Shown in pieces: positions 11,730 to 23,910 of a stretch of DNA of 64,000 nt. The notes beneath the pieces are model-generated. The model had not been told where the DNA came from, did not search any database, and saw only the letters and a program-made list of their open reading frames with translations. The translations under genes and the position numbers were made by a program. How positions within the stretch are numbered: position 1 is the first letter of the stretch; the number at the start of each line of letters is the position of its first letter. The DNA comes from Klebsormidium nitens (lineage: Eukaryota; Plantae; Klebsormidiophyceae): the NCBI GenBank assembly GCA_000708835.1, contig DF237294.1:36362-100361 (forward strand), in the 5' to 3' direction.

Positions 11730-13046
11730 CTCATGAATAACCCGTATGTAGAAGTGGAATCTGTCAGCGGATTGTTTCCACATTCATGATCCTGCTTCAG
11801 CGTGCAGTGCAGTAGAATCACATGAGAGGGTAGAAAATGTTTATAGCTGGAAGGTCTAGCTTACGAGCTGAAGGCAGAGCAGTGACATGCCGAAAAATCC
11901 AGAATCAACCTAGAGTTAAGCTGATTGATCTGCTCCACGATCTTGCAATGTGCTGATCGACCTTGAGTTTTGCTAGGAATCTAGACGGTCACACTTCAAG
12001 GATCACAAAGATACATGTGCAGTCTACTCTGCATTTAATCATCCAATTTCGACCAGATCCAACATGCTGTGCAATTCGCTGCCAGGAGCGATCACGTGAG
12101 GAATGCTACGCATAGGTCGCACAATTATACTAGCTAATCATGAACCCTATCGCGATGGTCTCTTTTCACACGCCGTAGCCAGTGCGGCCATAGGCTTCTC
12201 ATGGCATACAATCGATACAATCGATCCGACATTGTTATTTCAAGTTTAGATATTGAGATCGATGGCCGGACTGAGATTGGGTCTCATACACAAAGTTGCA
12301 CGATCAGACAAATGCAGCGTGCTGCGGCAGGCTCGGCTGCGCACGCATGCCTGTCACTTGCATGCATATGTGTATACCTAAATTTGTGCACTGTACATAG
12401 CCGGCTGTGGCTACAAGTCATTACTGCGCGTCCGGACGGTACCTGGATGAAGGTGCTTAGTTGAGGTCCGACGAGCAAGCGCGCCGTTGCATGAGCCAAC
12501 ATGTACATGATCAATGTAAGTGCCATGAAGCTACTTAAGAAGATGGCGGCATATGGGTCGATCGTGTTCCTGAGAGCTTGGGAGCGGTGCTCAGAGTCTA
12601 GTTTACGACGTGCATCTATCCGGGAGCACCCAATTGGCGAGATTGATTGGACACAACGTCTACCTTCACGTGTTTGAGAACAAGAACCCGTACAGTTACC
12701 GTAGCAAGACTTGTGACCACCTTGTCAGACTGCCCAAATAATGCATGAAGCTTTAGCCGTATAGAAGCCTCGTGGTTGTTCAAGGCCAATACTTTCGATT
12801 GAGGATACTTCTGCGGACTGGGCTAATTCTTCCGGATCTCTGAGGCATGATCTCAAGAACCAGTCAACACGTTCACGGTGCCTCAACCGATTCATTCTTA
12901 ACAACTGCTTTTCCAGTTAATCGAGCTTAATTACCTGCAAAATCTCGGAAACTCTCCGCAGCGCAGAGGCTGGGTCACCTCCAAAGTTCGACCTCATTGT
13001 CATCGTGGCCTCATGAGCCGATTAATGCATGAGCTATTCGTATTTG

Positions 13047-16000
13047 TCAAAGCCTTTCACCAAATGCACCTAACCAAGAATTTTGGTGCATGCTTGCCCC
13101 ACTCTCCTCACCCCTGCCGGGCGTCATTGTTGTTTCCAGCCTCGGCCTGGCCACACTTTGCGGACTGGGCCCGAGCATGAGGAGCTGCTTGCCGTGCACG
13201 CGCCACACCGAGTCGGCGAGCGCCCTGCTGGAGCGTACTACTCTCCTCTGTAGGAACTCTCCCAAGCTCTCCTCCCGCGCCGGTTCCACCTGGACGATCT
13301 GGAGCCCCCGTGCTGTGAACGTCCCGGAGAAGGCCACCGGAAGCTCGCCTTCTGTGCCCAAGCACGAGGCGTCTTCTCTTGGACCACTAGGATCCGCCCC
13401 AGCAAAACACAATTTGGAGCCCGCCCTGCTATTACCCTCTGCTTCGAAGTCGTGCCCAATCGAATCCCTTTGTTCACGAGCATTCCATCCGGGATAGCAG
13501 CCCTGGACGGTTGTCGACACGAGGGGACTGCCAGAGAGGCCCAGGGCGTGCAGGCGGTGGCGCAGCCGGGCCTCCTTGCTGGCGAGCTCGGAGACGCGCT
13601 CCGAAGCACAACGGGCGGCCGTGAGCCACCACTGGTCGCCCTGCCAGCCAGGATGAGCAGCGTTCTGAAGCAGGACGAGGTTGACTTTAATGACTGCTCG
13701 GGGAGTTGCTCTAGGAGAATCATAAGAAGTACAGTGAACACATCTGGACAGCAATCAGTCTCGACTACTTTCAATACTACTCGGAAAGATCATGTACAAA
13801 GCCTACATTCGTCTTCCCAGCTTACGATGATGCAGCAGAGAGAACGACGGTTGGATGTTGTACCAGCAACGAGAAGATGCTGTTGCTCTTGCCCCGCCAA
13901 CGTCCTTCTTGCAACAGGGTTCCTTCCAATCTGTGCAACGACCCATACCCAATACTTACAGATGGCTGAACAGCGTTGGAAACTGGCAAAAACAGTATTG
14001 ACGACGTAACGCTCTTCTGCGCCAGGGGGAGATTGGTGGACGCGCCTCACCTGGTGGGCCCAGAGGTCCGAGACGGAAGCCAAGGATGGATCACATGCGT
14101 CCAAAGGGTCAAGGACATCAGTCCGTGAGTCTCTTGAGCTCACTCGGCGCTTCTTCTTTAGGGCAAGCTGCAACCCAAAACCCGAAATTGTCAGCAACGG
14201 TGCCAAACAACTCGATTATTTTTCCGAATCAGAGGATGTACGTGTCGCAGTTGGCAAAAGCACAAGCTGACAATATGGATTGGCCCTTGCATAAAGGGCC
14301 AGCGGCAAGGAGTGACATCAGAAAGAAGGTTGCTAACTAATATCCAATGTTGTGCAGACGAATACAACCTCAGGTTAAAAGCCCAGTGATGCTCTTTCAG
14401 ACCTCAAAACGGTGACAGATCCAATAGCAAGCGGGCCTCACCTGGGTTGTGCCCTGGCTGACCATGTTTGCGTCCAGCTCCCTCAGAGGCTCCCGTTCCC
14501 GCTGTGCTGCCCCAAGTGTCTCAGTAAAGAGAGGGAGAGTGCGCCCATCTGGAGGGACCATTGCAGCGATAGGCGCAGGCGGGAGAGGCTCCGCACTGGA
14601 GGCCTGCCACCCTGTGACGGGGATGAAGCGGGCAGGGAAGTCCACTCGGGGCTGATTGGGAAAAAGAAGGTCGTCTATTGTGGGGAGGCGTGCCCGGTGA
14701 ATTCTAAGGTCTGGCTCAGAAGTGGGCAGGGGCTCAAGCGAAGCCCCCTCGGGGGCAGCTGGCTCTAGCCAGGCCTGCAGGCCCAGAGGTGGCGGGGGGT
14801 GCTGCTCAAGGGGCGCAGCTGCCTCTAAAGGGTCTGACAGCCGGCGCAGGGCATGCTGCTGAGTGAGGCTGCGCACCAGCTGGTCAAACTCAGTGGGATA
14901 CAGCAACTCGTCAAAGCCACCGAAGGGGCTGCCACCGAAGTCTCCAAATGGAAAGAGAGGCCCAGCTGGCAGGGCGTCAAGGGCCGCATCGTGGAGCGGA
15001 GGGCTGGGAGAGAGGTCAGGCTCTTCAGCTGCTGCTTGCGCTGTGGCCCTGGGTGGTATGCGCGCCCGTTCAATGTCAGAGACAGGTGAAGGACCTCCCA
15101 ACAGGAGCCCCCCCCGGCCTCCAGAATGTTGTGGGGGCAGCCGCACTGCAGGTCGCAGCTTGTGTCCTCTATCAGCCAGCTGTTGCGGTCTCTCCATGAT
15201 CAGAGGCTGTCTGCTAGCCTGGAGAGGATCAGCCATCAGTCAAGCACTGCCAAGGAGGCACTGCATGATTGCGCCCAAAGAGCTGACGAAGTTTGGAACG
15301 ATTCCTGCTTCCTAACGATCCACTTTACAGCAACAGAGATACTGTCTTTCTACCTGGTGGAAAGAGGGAAGAGTGCAGCCTATGTAGAAGCGACTAAGAT
15401 CCCAAGTCAGAGGGCCCTGGAGAACGCGACACAGGGCAGTATTACTGCCCAGCCACTCACCTCAAGGGGCTTGCCCATTTGTGAAGGTGGGCCGTCCAAA
15501 CCAGCCTCACTGGCAGAACGCTTGAGCCGTTGTGGTGCCAGGTTCTCTTTGCTCCCAGTCGGTGCTCCCCTGCCAACGGCTTGGGCAGCAGTGAGGGCAT
15601 GTCTGGCTGCAGCGGCCATCTGAGTGGCTTGCATGTCTACGACCTGCATACATAGCCAAGTTTTTTTGTTTCAGCGTTCCACAACCTTGGCAGTCTCTAA
15701 GCTTAACCTCTTGATGAGGATGATCGAGCTTCTGTTATGCATGCCCGTGATGCTGAGCAGTCTATCACCAAACCTCTGGGCAATGCTGATCCAATATTGG
15801 GAATTGCACGGACACGTTGAATGGTCTACTCACTGTACTCACTCTTACCAGGGCAACTTTCCTCAATCCTGGTGCCCAAAGCGATAAGAAGACCAGCAAT
15901 CTGCCCGAGATTTGCAGGACCAGATTGCCTTTTGCTATACATGTTCCGTTTAAGGAGCATTGCGCTTGAAACCTGCCCCCAGCCGTTTCCTAAGAGGACG

Positions 16001-16260
16001 CAGATCAGACAGACGTCAATTGTCACCTTAGATCCTGTGAAGCTCCTCTGAAGCACCGATTGAAGAATGTTTGTGCCCACCTCGGCACGTCTTGATGCAG
16101 CCTTCTTCGGATACTTGGCAAGCGGGCGCTGTGCCTCAAGTATTCTGAGCGTTCTCAAGTTTTCAGAGTGTCCAAACGCTGCAGTGATGGCCAGGAAGCG
16201 GACCCGATTGGGGACCTTCCGAGGATTGTTCTTACTGCCCTTCTTTAACGTCCATCTTTT
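13047..16260 (-). CDS. Uncharacterised multi-exon protein (orphan); 5' boundary uncertain
   Basis: In-phase exons with canonical splice sites: ~15644-15462 (VVDMQATQMAAAARH...), a long Pro-rich exon ~15240-14440, ~14167-14051 (LALKKKRRVSSRDSR...DLWAHQ) and ~13666-13047 (NAAHPGWQGDQWWLTAARC...). Upstream exon-like segments reach ~16255. No recognisable domain. Confidence 0.5.
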
Positions 16261-16989
16261 AAGGTAGATACGACGTGGATACGACTAGCGACAGGAAAAC
16301 AAGGAGCACTGAGGAAGAATTCTAATTGTGGATCAGTTGCAAGATACGAAGTGGGGACGAGGGGATCGTCCAAGCGGCGCGAACTTGGCAACACTCCTGA
16401 GGCTGCCGCTACATATCGGTAACCTTCCGCTCGGCTCTCCTGCGCTCAGAAACAAAGTCAGACTGTAGACACCACACTCTACGGTATTCAGACCGTATTC
16501 TCATTCCCAACCAAGTCGGGCGACGGGACCTAGCATGCCACTGAGATGAATTCAAAATTCTAGCTAGTACTGGCGCCAAAACGGACGGCTTTGCTCAACA
16601 AACCGATCACGTGCTTGTATCGTACGCCATGAGTACCTAGCTCTTGCAATTTAAACCTCGCATCCAGCCAGGAATCAACCCGGATTCGCACGGCCGGCCG
16701 CGAGGACCGGGCCGCGGGACGCGCCTCGCGGCTGTAGGCAGTCTCTATATAGGTTATATAGGTAACCATAACTATAATACCGTGGGTACTCTCGTCGTCC
16801 GAGTCTTCACTCCTTGTCTCAACGACAAAACCGGGCGCCGCTGTGCTAACTACCGTTTACTTTCCGAGAGTTTAAGCAGTCGAAGCCGCGTCCTCAATGC
16901 TCATAGGCTCATTGCTCCTCATCGCTTCGTGCTTGGGGCAGGACGACACCTTTACGAATATCATTACCTACTGCGACGCCGGATCGTCA

Positions 16990-18625
16990 ATGAATGCTGC
17001 GGCAGAAAATTGCAGGCGATCGCCACCTAAGAGCAACAAAATATACTTGCAAAAGGACTACTGGGACAAGCGCTTTCAGGAGGAAGCAGAGTATGATTGG
17101 TTCAAAGGGTATGAAGAATTCCAAGAGCTTATGCACCAGCATGTAAAGCGCGAAGAGAAAATCTTGATTGTGGGCTGTGGAAATTCTGGTATGACAGAAG
17201 CAATGTACAGGGACAGATATTGCAACATTGTCAGTACGGACATCTCCGAGGTCGTTGTTGAGAGGATGCAGCAAAAAGCCGCCAGCAACGGGTGTGAAGG
17301 TGAGAAACAAAATTGTGAGTCCAGCCTGCCTTAGCAAAGATGTTGTGAGCCCTTTCTAGGTGGGCACTCAAATATCACACTCCAAGTTTTGTCGCTGCTC
17401 GCGGTGCCTACTTTGAGCACCTGGATATGATGGCAAAAGGCGCTCTGATCAGTGGGTGGTGCACCACCACCTGAAGGGCCCCTCCAAAAAATGAGGATGA
17501 CAGCCACTTTCCCAAGTGCTAGCTGGCCGATGGCGCTGCGTGTCTCACCGGCGCTGTTTGGGTGGCAGGCATCAGGTGGCAGGTAGCGGACATGCTAAAT
17601 CTTCCTTTCACCGACGGCCAGTTCGATGTGGTTATCGAGAAGGGGGCAATGGACGTTTTGTTCGTTGACAGTGATTCCCATTGGGACCCGTCAGAGCCGG
17701 TGGTGGCCCGCGTGCGCGCCATGTTGACGTCCGTGCACCGAGTCCTGGCCCCACATGGCCTCTTTGTCTCCATCACCTTTGGACAGGTGAGGAACGCGCC
17801 CGTGGGTGCTGCTCTGCAGCCGCCCAGCCTTGGTTGGCCCATGGCGCTGGCAGGTCCTGAAACCACTTCTCTTCCTAAGCAGAACTCGAAAACATGGTCC
17901 GTGGAATCAGGCCATAAGCACTTATACATGATGGCTTCCCTGCATGTTCATTTTTGTTTAAATGAAAGTTCCTCGCAGAAAGCCATCCCTGGATCTCCAT
18001 CTTTTTTACCTTGCAAAAGACTCTCAGACTTGCTCTGCAGCCACACTTTCGGAGAAGGCTGTTTGAGAGCCCCGCCTACTCATGGGTGACTGCATACTCG
18101 ACGTTTGGGGAAACATTTCATTACTTCTTCTACACGTTACGGAAGGTGCGGCTCTGCCCTCATAAGCCTTCGCTCCAACATAGAATAGAAGAGAGTGTGC
18201 GAGTGGATGCAAGTACTCGGTCGAAGTCTCAAGGTGTTGCGCCAAGGGCAACACAGTTATGGATCTTGCGACTCGTAAGTCTCATTCTTGAATGACACGC
18301 ACACGTGCAAGGAGGTGCCCACTTTGCTACATTCTTGCTGCGGTGTGCTCACTTGCCGGTATTCAGTTGCAAAGGCTTAGGTTTGTGATGCAAGAGGAGT
18401 CTGTGTCGTTTGCATTTAGTAGAGCAATCCCCGTCCCTGTCCTTGCAAATCGGCCCATTGACACTCGACCCACCCCCTTCAATGCAGGGGACCCAGAAAG
18501 CAGGAACAACCGAAGGAGATTGTGAACCAAAACAAAGTTTTGAACCAAAGCTTGACATGATGCATGAGACTATGGACGACCCGGATTCACTTATGCTCAT
18601 ACAAGTCGATGATGAGGGAGATTAA
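16990..18625 (+). CDS. EEF1AKMT4: EEF1AKMT4/METTL13-N-like class I SAM methyltransferase
   Basis: Exons 16990-17299, 17569-17786, 18041-18145, 18488-18625. Motifs YWDKRF..E.EYDWF, ILIVGCGNS, FDVVIEKGAMDVL, SITFGQPHFRR and FHYFFY. Confidence 0.85.
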
Positions 18626-19517
18626 AAAGTCTGAGCCCACGCGCTATGCGGGCGCCCACGAGCCGATTTGCGTCAGATTTAAGGTAACCGCTGAAAAGCT
18701 TGTGTCAAATCAGAGTTGAGGCACACATACAATGGTCAATGGTGAAGCCTGGCATGTAATTAGTCGTGACTCACGTGCTGATATAGTATGGATTTCCCGA
18801 AGTAATATTCTACCGGCTGATAATTCAAACCGAGGCCGTCGAGGCGGATGCCCATGCCAGTGCGTTTGTCGGTTGCATTCGTGCAGATCCGCACTCAGTG
18901 CTGTGCGAAGGCAAGGATTTTGAGTCCAACTTATCAGCTCGTTAATGTATCTGACATACATCATGGAAGGCTGCAACTTAAAGCTTACTTTATAACAATT
19001 GTCAATTATGGCCGCTATACTGTCACTAGGCGCGGCCAATATAATACTTGCAGCTAAATGGCCCCGCGCGCGACGGGCCTTAAGCCGGCATATATAGCAG
19101 TCCAGATGTTTTCGACAGCTGATCATTAGCCCGGTGTGAGGCTAGCGTGATGGTCGTGACAGGGTCGTGACCGGCCAATTTCAGCTCCTTGTTCTGATTC
19201 GAAGCATTTCAAAAAAATCCCGGATAAATGAATTAGCATCGCCCTATGGCCCTGGCACAATCGAGGTGGCCTGGACTCATTGGGTCGCTGGCCGGCCGTT
19301 CCGGACCTGAGATGACATGCACGTTTCCCGACCTGACCCGGCGACTGGACACCCTAGCTGCATAGTCCCTACTATGTTTCTCTCAGGCGTGCTTGCTACT
19401 TTTACAAAGCGGTTCTAGCATACATCATTTACAGCGCTGCCATAAACACGCTCGTTTTCGCCCCTGTCTGCAAAGACCCTCATTTAGGAGTCAGTCTCGC
19501 CCCGCTGCGACCATTTT

Positions 19518-22500
19518 CTAGGACCCACTACGGGCAGTCCCCATTGGCGCATCAGCCGGCCTCCCCCGGTTTTTGAGCTTGCTCAGGTCGAGTACCTGGC
19601 GGGGGTCGCCGAACTGCGACCGGTTGCCCAGCGTCTGGCCCAGCTCCTGCAGGTACTGCCCGTACTGCATCTGCTCCGCCTCCCACCGCTTCAGCACGGA
19701 CGGCACCTCGGAGGGGGCCACCGACGCCATGGCCTCTCCCAGCCCCAGCGCATTGGCACTGCGACACGGACAGAGGGTCAAGGAAGCTATTTTGGGTCAA
19801 GGAAATTACTTTGGACTAAGTCAAAACCTTCAAAAACGCCTTCAGACTGCTGCACCTTGGGCAAATCTGCCGGTTAGAATGACCGCCCTTGAGATCGGGC
19901 CTGGCTATCAGGTCCGAAAGAAACCGTACATGGAAGTCAATCGTGTGTGTTCCTTGCATAAGATGGAGGCGCAATAATCTTGTCAAGTAGACTACAGATT
20001 GCCCCGCACGCATCTTTGTGTAATGGACACGGCTGCACGGTGGAGCACGCGCGCACAGGCCATGCTCCAGACGCGACTCACAAAGCTTGGTCCGCCGAGG
20101 CTGCAGTGTGGGGCCGCGGAATGAAAGCTGCCTCTCCGATAAGTGCAACGCGGCCGTGCGCCATGGCTGGTACCGCGAGATCATTGATGGTCTGCACGAA
20201 CGGCTGCCGCGTCAGGGCCACCAGCTGCGCAAACTGGGGTGGCAAATGTGCTCGCGCGCGCTCCTTCTGCTGCTCCCACACCTGGGGCCGCAGCCTGTCG
20301 CCGGGGAGCGCGTCCGCGTGGCGCTGCCCGCCCGCATCCGTCAGCACGGGCGCCAGCTCGGCGTCGGTTGGGTAGTTCCAATACCTGCGCAGCCACGTGG
20401 GCGGAAGGCTGGAAACGAGGAAGCCCTTTCCTGGTCAACCCACTAAAGGAGGCGAAGCTACGCGGCCTACCTGCACCTTCAAACTGATTGCCCGGCCAGA
20501 CTGCCTCTGTTGTATACACACGGATTCCTTGCAGTTCAATTCCGTTCGATTCAGGATTCTGCATATCATGGGCGAGAAAACCCAGGACTCTCGAATTGAC
20601 TGGATGGACGGCTTTGAGATCAAAAGAGAAGCAGACGACATAACCGCCTCCCTCGAGCACAGTCCTGGAGTCGGGCAGATGATAGATCGTTCATGGGTCA
20701 ACAGACCTGGCCAGGCCTGCACAACTTGAGCAGGGCACGCTCCGCTCACCAGACCCAGTTCATGTCGCGCTCTCCCGGCGCGAGGCTGCCCCCCGGCCCC
20801 GGGATAAGGTAGCTCAGGATCTGCGTGCCAGGCCCGTGGAAGAACGTGAAGCGGCCCATAAGCGTGGCCGCCACGTTGGCAGGCAGCTCCCGCTCGGGCA
20901 CCACCTGGACACAGCCGCCGCACGCGGAGGTCAGGCCGGCCGCCACAGCCATGAGGTATAATTCCTAGTCTAAATGGGCGGAGAACGCGGGACCATAAGG
21001 GCGGCGAGTTCCAGTGGGCTCGCCAGGGGCATCAAATCCAGTAATCATTAAATCTGCTTCCTCCGAGATGCCACTTGTCTGGATTTTCGCTCATTGAGCT
21101 GCCTTTACAAGCTTGATCATATCTTACAAGATGCGACGTTCTATTTTTGGAACCGACGGAAGACGTCTTTTGTTGCACGGACCTCGAACATGATCGAAAC
21201 ATGACAACAGCAGACATGTGAGCATTTTTTATTTTCTATCGATCCATCGAAAACGGCTTAGAGTGCGTGTCAGCCACAGGGTGTCGACTCTTCTGCAGAA
21301 TGTTCCTTTGAAGAAAGAAGCGGCACAGATTCACACAGAAAAGCCAACGGGTGCCAGCTTTCGTAGAAATTCACTTGCTGAAAAGATCGCAGCGCCTTAG
21401 GAAAAAAGGGAATTGAAAGAAAGAGCAAGGAGAAAGTCACATCAAACTTGAGGGCCGACCATCCCCAGTCACAACCACGACTGTTAAATTCTCTTGGCAA
21501 GAATCTACAGCAGAGGTCTCGAGCACTTCACTACCTACCCAGAGTATCACGAGACAACGTCCACTCTCATCTTTACTGACATGACAGCAATAATGAGCCC
21601 AAAGAAATAAGACGGTCCAATCATCCGAAGTGCAAGCTCACGGGTCTGAAACCAGAAAGATGGCTGCCCCCTGCTTCGCCGTTTTTAGAAGGAGACCAGC
21701 ACTGTGTTGACTCCTCCATGAATCGAACTAGATCTCCTGCCTCCTAGCCAGCGCGTGCGCTCACCCCTCTCCACGCAACATAACCCGCGTAGCGCTTCTC
21801 CACGTCTGGCAGCAGCTGGTGGCGCACCACAGAGCGTGGACCGTCCGCGGCCACAAACAGGTCAGCCGGCACGCTCGCCCCACCTTCTAATTGCACCTCG
21901 ACCTGGTTTTTGTCCTCAGAGAATCCGGAGACAGGGCTGCCGCTGTGGTACCTGGCTGGGAAGGAGGGGGCAACCTTGATGAGGCTGGCAAGGTGGACCA
22001 AGCCTTGCGAAAGCAAGAGTCTTCACGGTTGAAATGAGGCCTCTTTGTAGGGAGAATTTTGGAACTGCTACACTGCTTGGATACTTCCGGAAAATAGTAA
22101 TTGAGAAGAAGAGTTCGGTCATTCATGTATCACAGCTAAAACAAGGACCTGAGTAAGGACTCACTTATGGTTTGCAGAGAACAGAGTCATTAGAGGTCCA
22201 TGACGTGGAAAAGTGAACCATTGGAGGCGCGTACCTGTCGACGGGAAAGGCGTCCTTGAGTGCCTTGTAGAGCACGGACCAGGAGGTCATGCGTTGCGTG
22301 TAGTCCTCCTTGCGCGTGACACCCCCCTCGCGGTCCAGGTACTGCCGCCGCTCACAGCGCACACTCATGGCGTCCGGGGGCGCCAGGTCCATGACACGGA
22401 AGAAGTCGAGCACGTGTCGCTGGAGCACGATGCCTGCAAGGAGGCAGAGAAGCAGGAGCAACAGCGTCAGTGGACTGGAAGTGAGACTGGCTCTACTTGA

Positions 22501-23172
22501 ACGTTTGAGTAGGTGGCGGGTTGTACATGGGAGACAGCCTGGTACCCTGGCAGAGCCCAGCGTGTAAGGAAGTTCACAAACATCCAGAAGGGGCTCCTGG
22601 CAAGCTACCCTATTGGAGCAGACAGAGAGAATCTAGAAACGAAGGCTGGGCGAGGCCAGGGCATGCGGAGCATCAAAGCGCATGCATTCGTGGTGGCTTG
22701 CATGGCTTCGCAACAGCGGTGGTTGGTTTCATAGAACTGTGATCTAAGATCTCATACGTGCACTACAAATGAATTTGTGCCCCTAAACAGTGACTGGTGG
22801 CCTGAAAGCTGGCTGGCCCGCTCGAAAGGCCAATGCAAACACAATTTGCTGATTCCTACGTTTTGGCGCCACTTGTCAGCGTTGCTGCCCTACTCAGCCT
22901 CAGGACCAGCAATGGTGCCAGCTCGCTGCCGATGCCCTGGCAATTCCGAAGGCTGCGGCCACTGGGTGATATATACCACTGCATCACTAAACACGCGAGG
23001 CCGGTGCAGGAGGCTGACCTGCCCCCCGGTGGCTGCGGTCCTGCGTGGGAGAGCGCTCATACAGCTGCACGTTGTGGCCCGCGCGCAGCAGCAAGAGAGC
23101 CGCCGACAGGCCCGCCAGGCTGCCCCCCCCAACCACCACGTCCAGGGAGCTGGCGGCTGCATGCCGCGCCAT
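19518..23172 (-). CDS. FAD-dependent monooxygenase, 2,6-dihydroxypyridine 3-monooxygenase-like (group A flavoprotein)
   Basis: Rossmann motif VVVGGGSLAGLSAA, YERS...RGAGIV, TSWSVLYKAL, VAADGPRS, YAGYVAWRGVVPE, NWVW and GRVALIGEAAFIPRPHTAAS. At least six exons with canonical splice sites; stop at 19518. Confidence 0.88.
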
Positions 23173-23275
23173 GCAGGGGTTGGAAGGAGCTACTGGTACG
23201 GGGCTTGGATAGGTGTGGTGAAGGTGGTCTTCAAGCGCCACCTTCCCACTTCGTGGTGCACAGCGCTGGCGAGCG

Positions 23276-23319
23276 CTGGCTGGCTACCTGGCTGGCTACC
23301 TGGCTGGCTGGCTGGCTGG
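23276..23319. repeat. Interrupted (CTGG)n microsatellite in a divergent intergenic region
   Basis: ctggctggctacctggctggctacctggctggctggctggctgg. Confidence 0.85.
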
Positions 23320-23910
23320 TAATTGAAGCTCCAATTTCAAAGCTCTCAAGTGCACTGCTTTGCCACAATGCTGGCACTGTGGAAGATTCATGCAAAAAGT
23401 CAGACAGGCACGGTGCATCAAATTCAATGCCATCATGCAAGCTCGAATACATGTCCTCTTTTGACACAAGACGAGTGTTGCTGCAGCCTCGACTGCAGAA
23501 TCGAAGTCCAACACCTGGTCGACTCTCCAGCATCTGAGCCGCCTTCTCGACAGTTGCCGGAAGCATATGTATGTCTGTGTCAAGCCAGATTTGTTGGAAT
23601 TTGCAATAATAATCAAATGCCAATGCCAATTGTCAAGCAATGGTGGCAATGACTGCATTGTATCGATGACAATGTGGCACTAAAGCGGAAACTCTGTGTG
23701 CTTGTCCTTGAAGTTGTCGACGGTGTGGGCAGCCTGCTGAAGCAGATTGGTCTGACGCGGTAGGAGAAGGTGTGCACTGGCGAGGTGGTAGGTACGATGA
23801 AGGCCGCGGGGATCCCGGCCAAGAGCACGTTCTCCTTTCGCGCTGATGTGGGCAGGCAGCAGGAGATCTCACAAGTGATGAGTCCTTTCACAGCCATTCT
23901 AGAGATTCGT

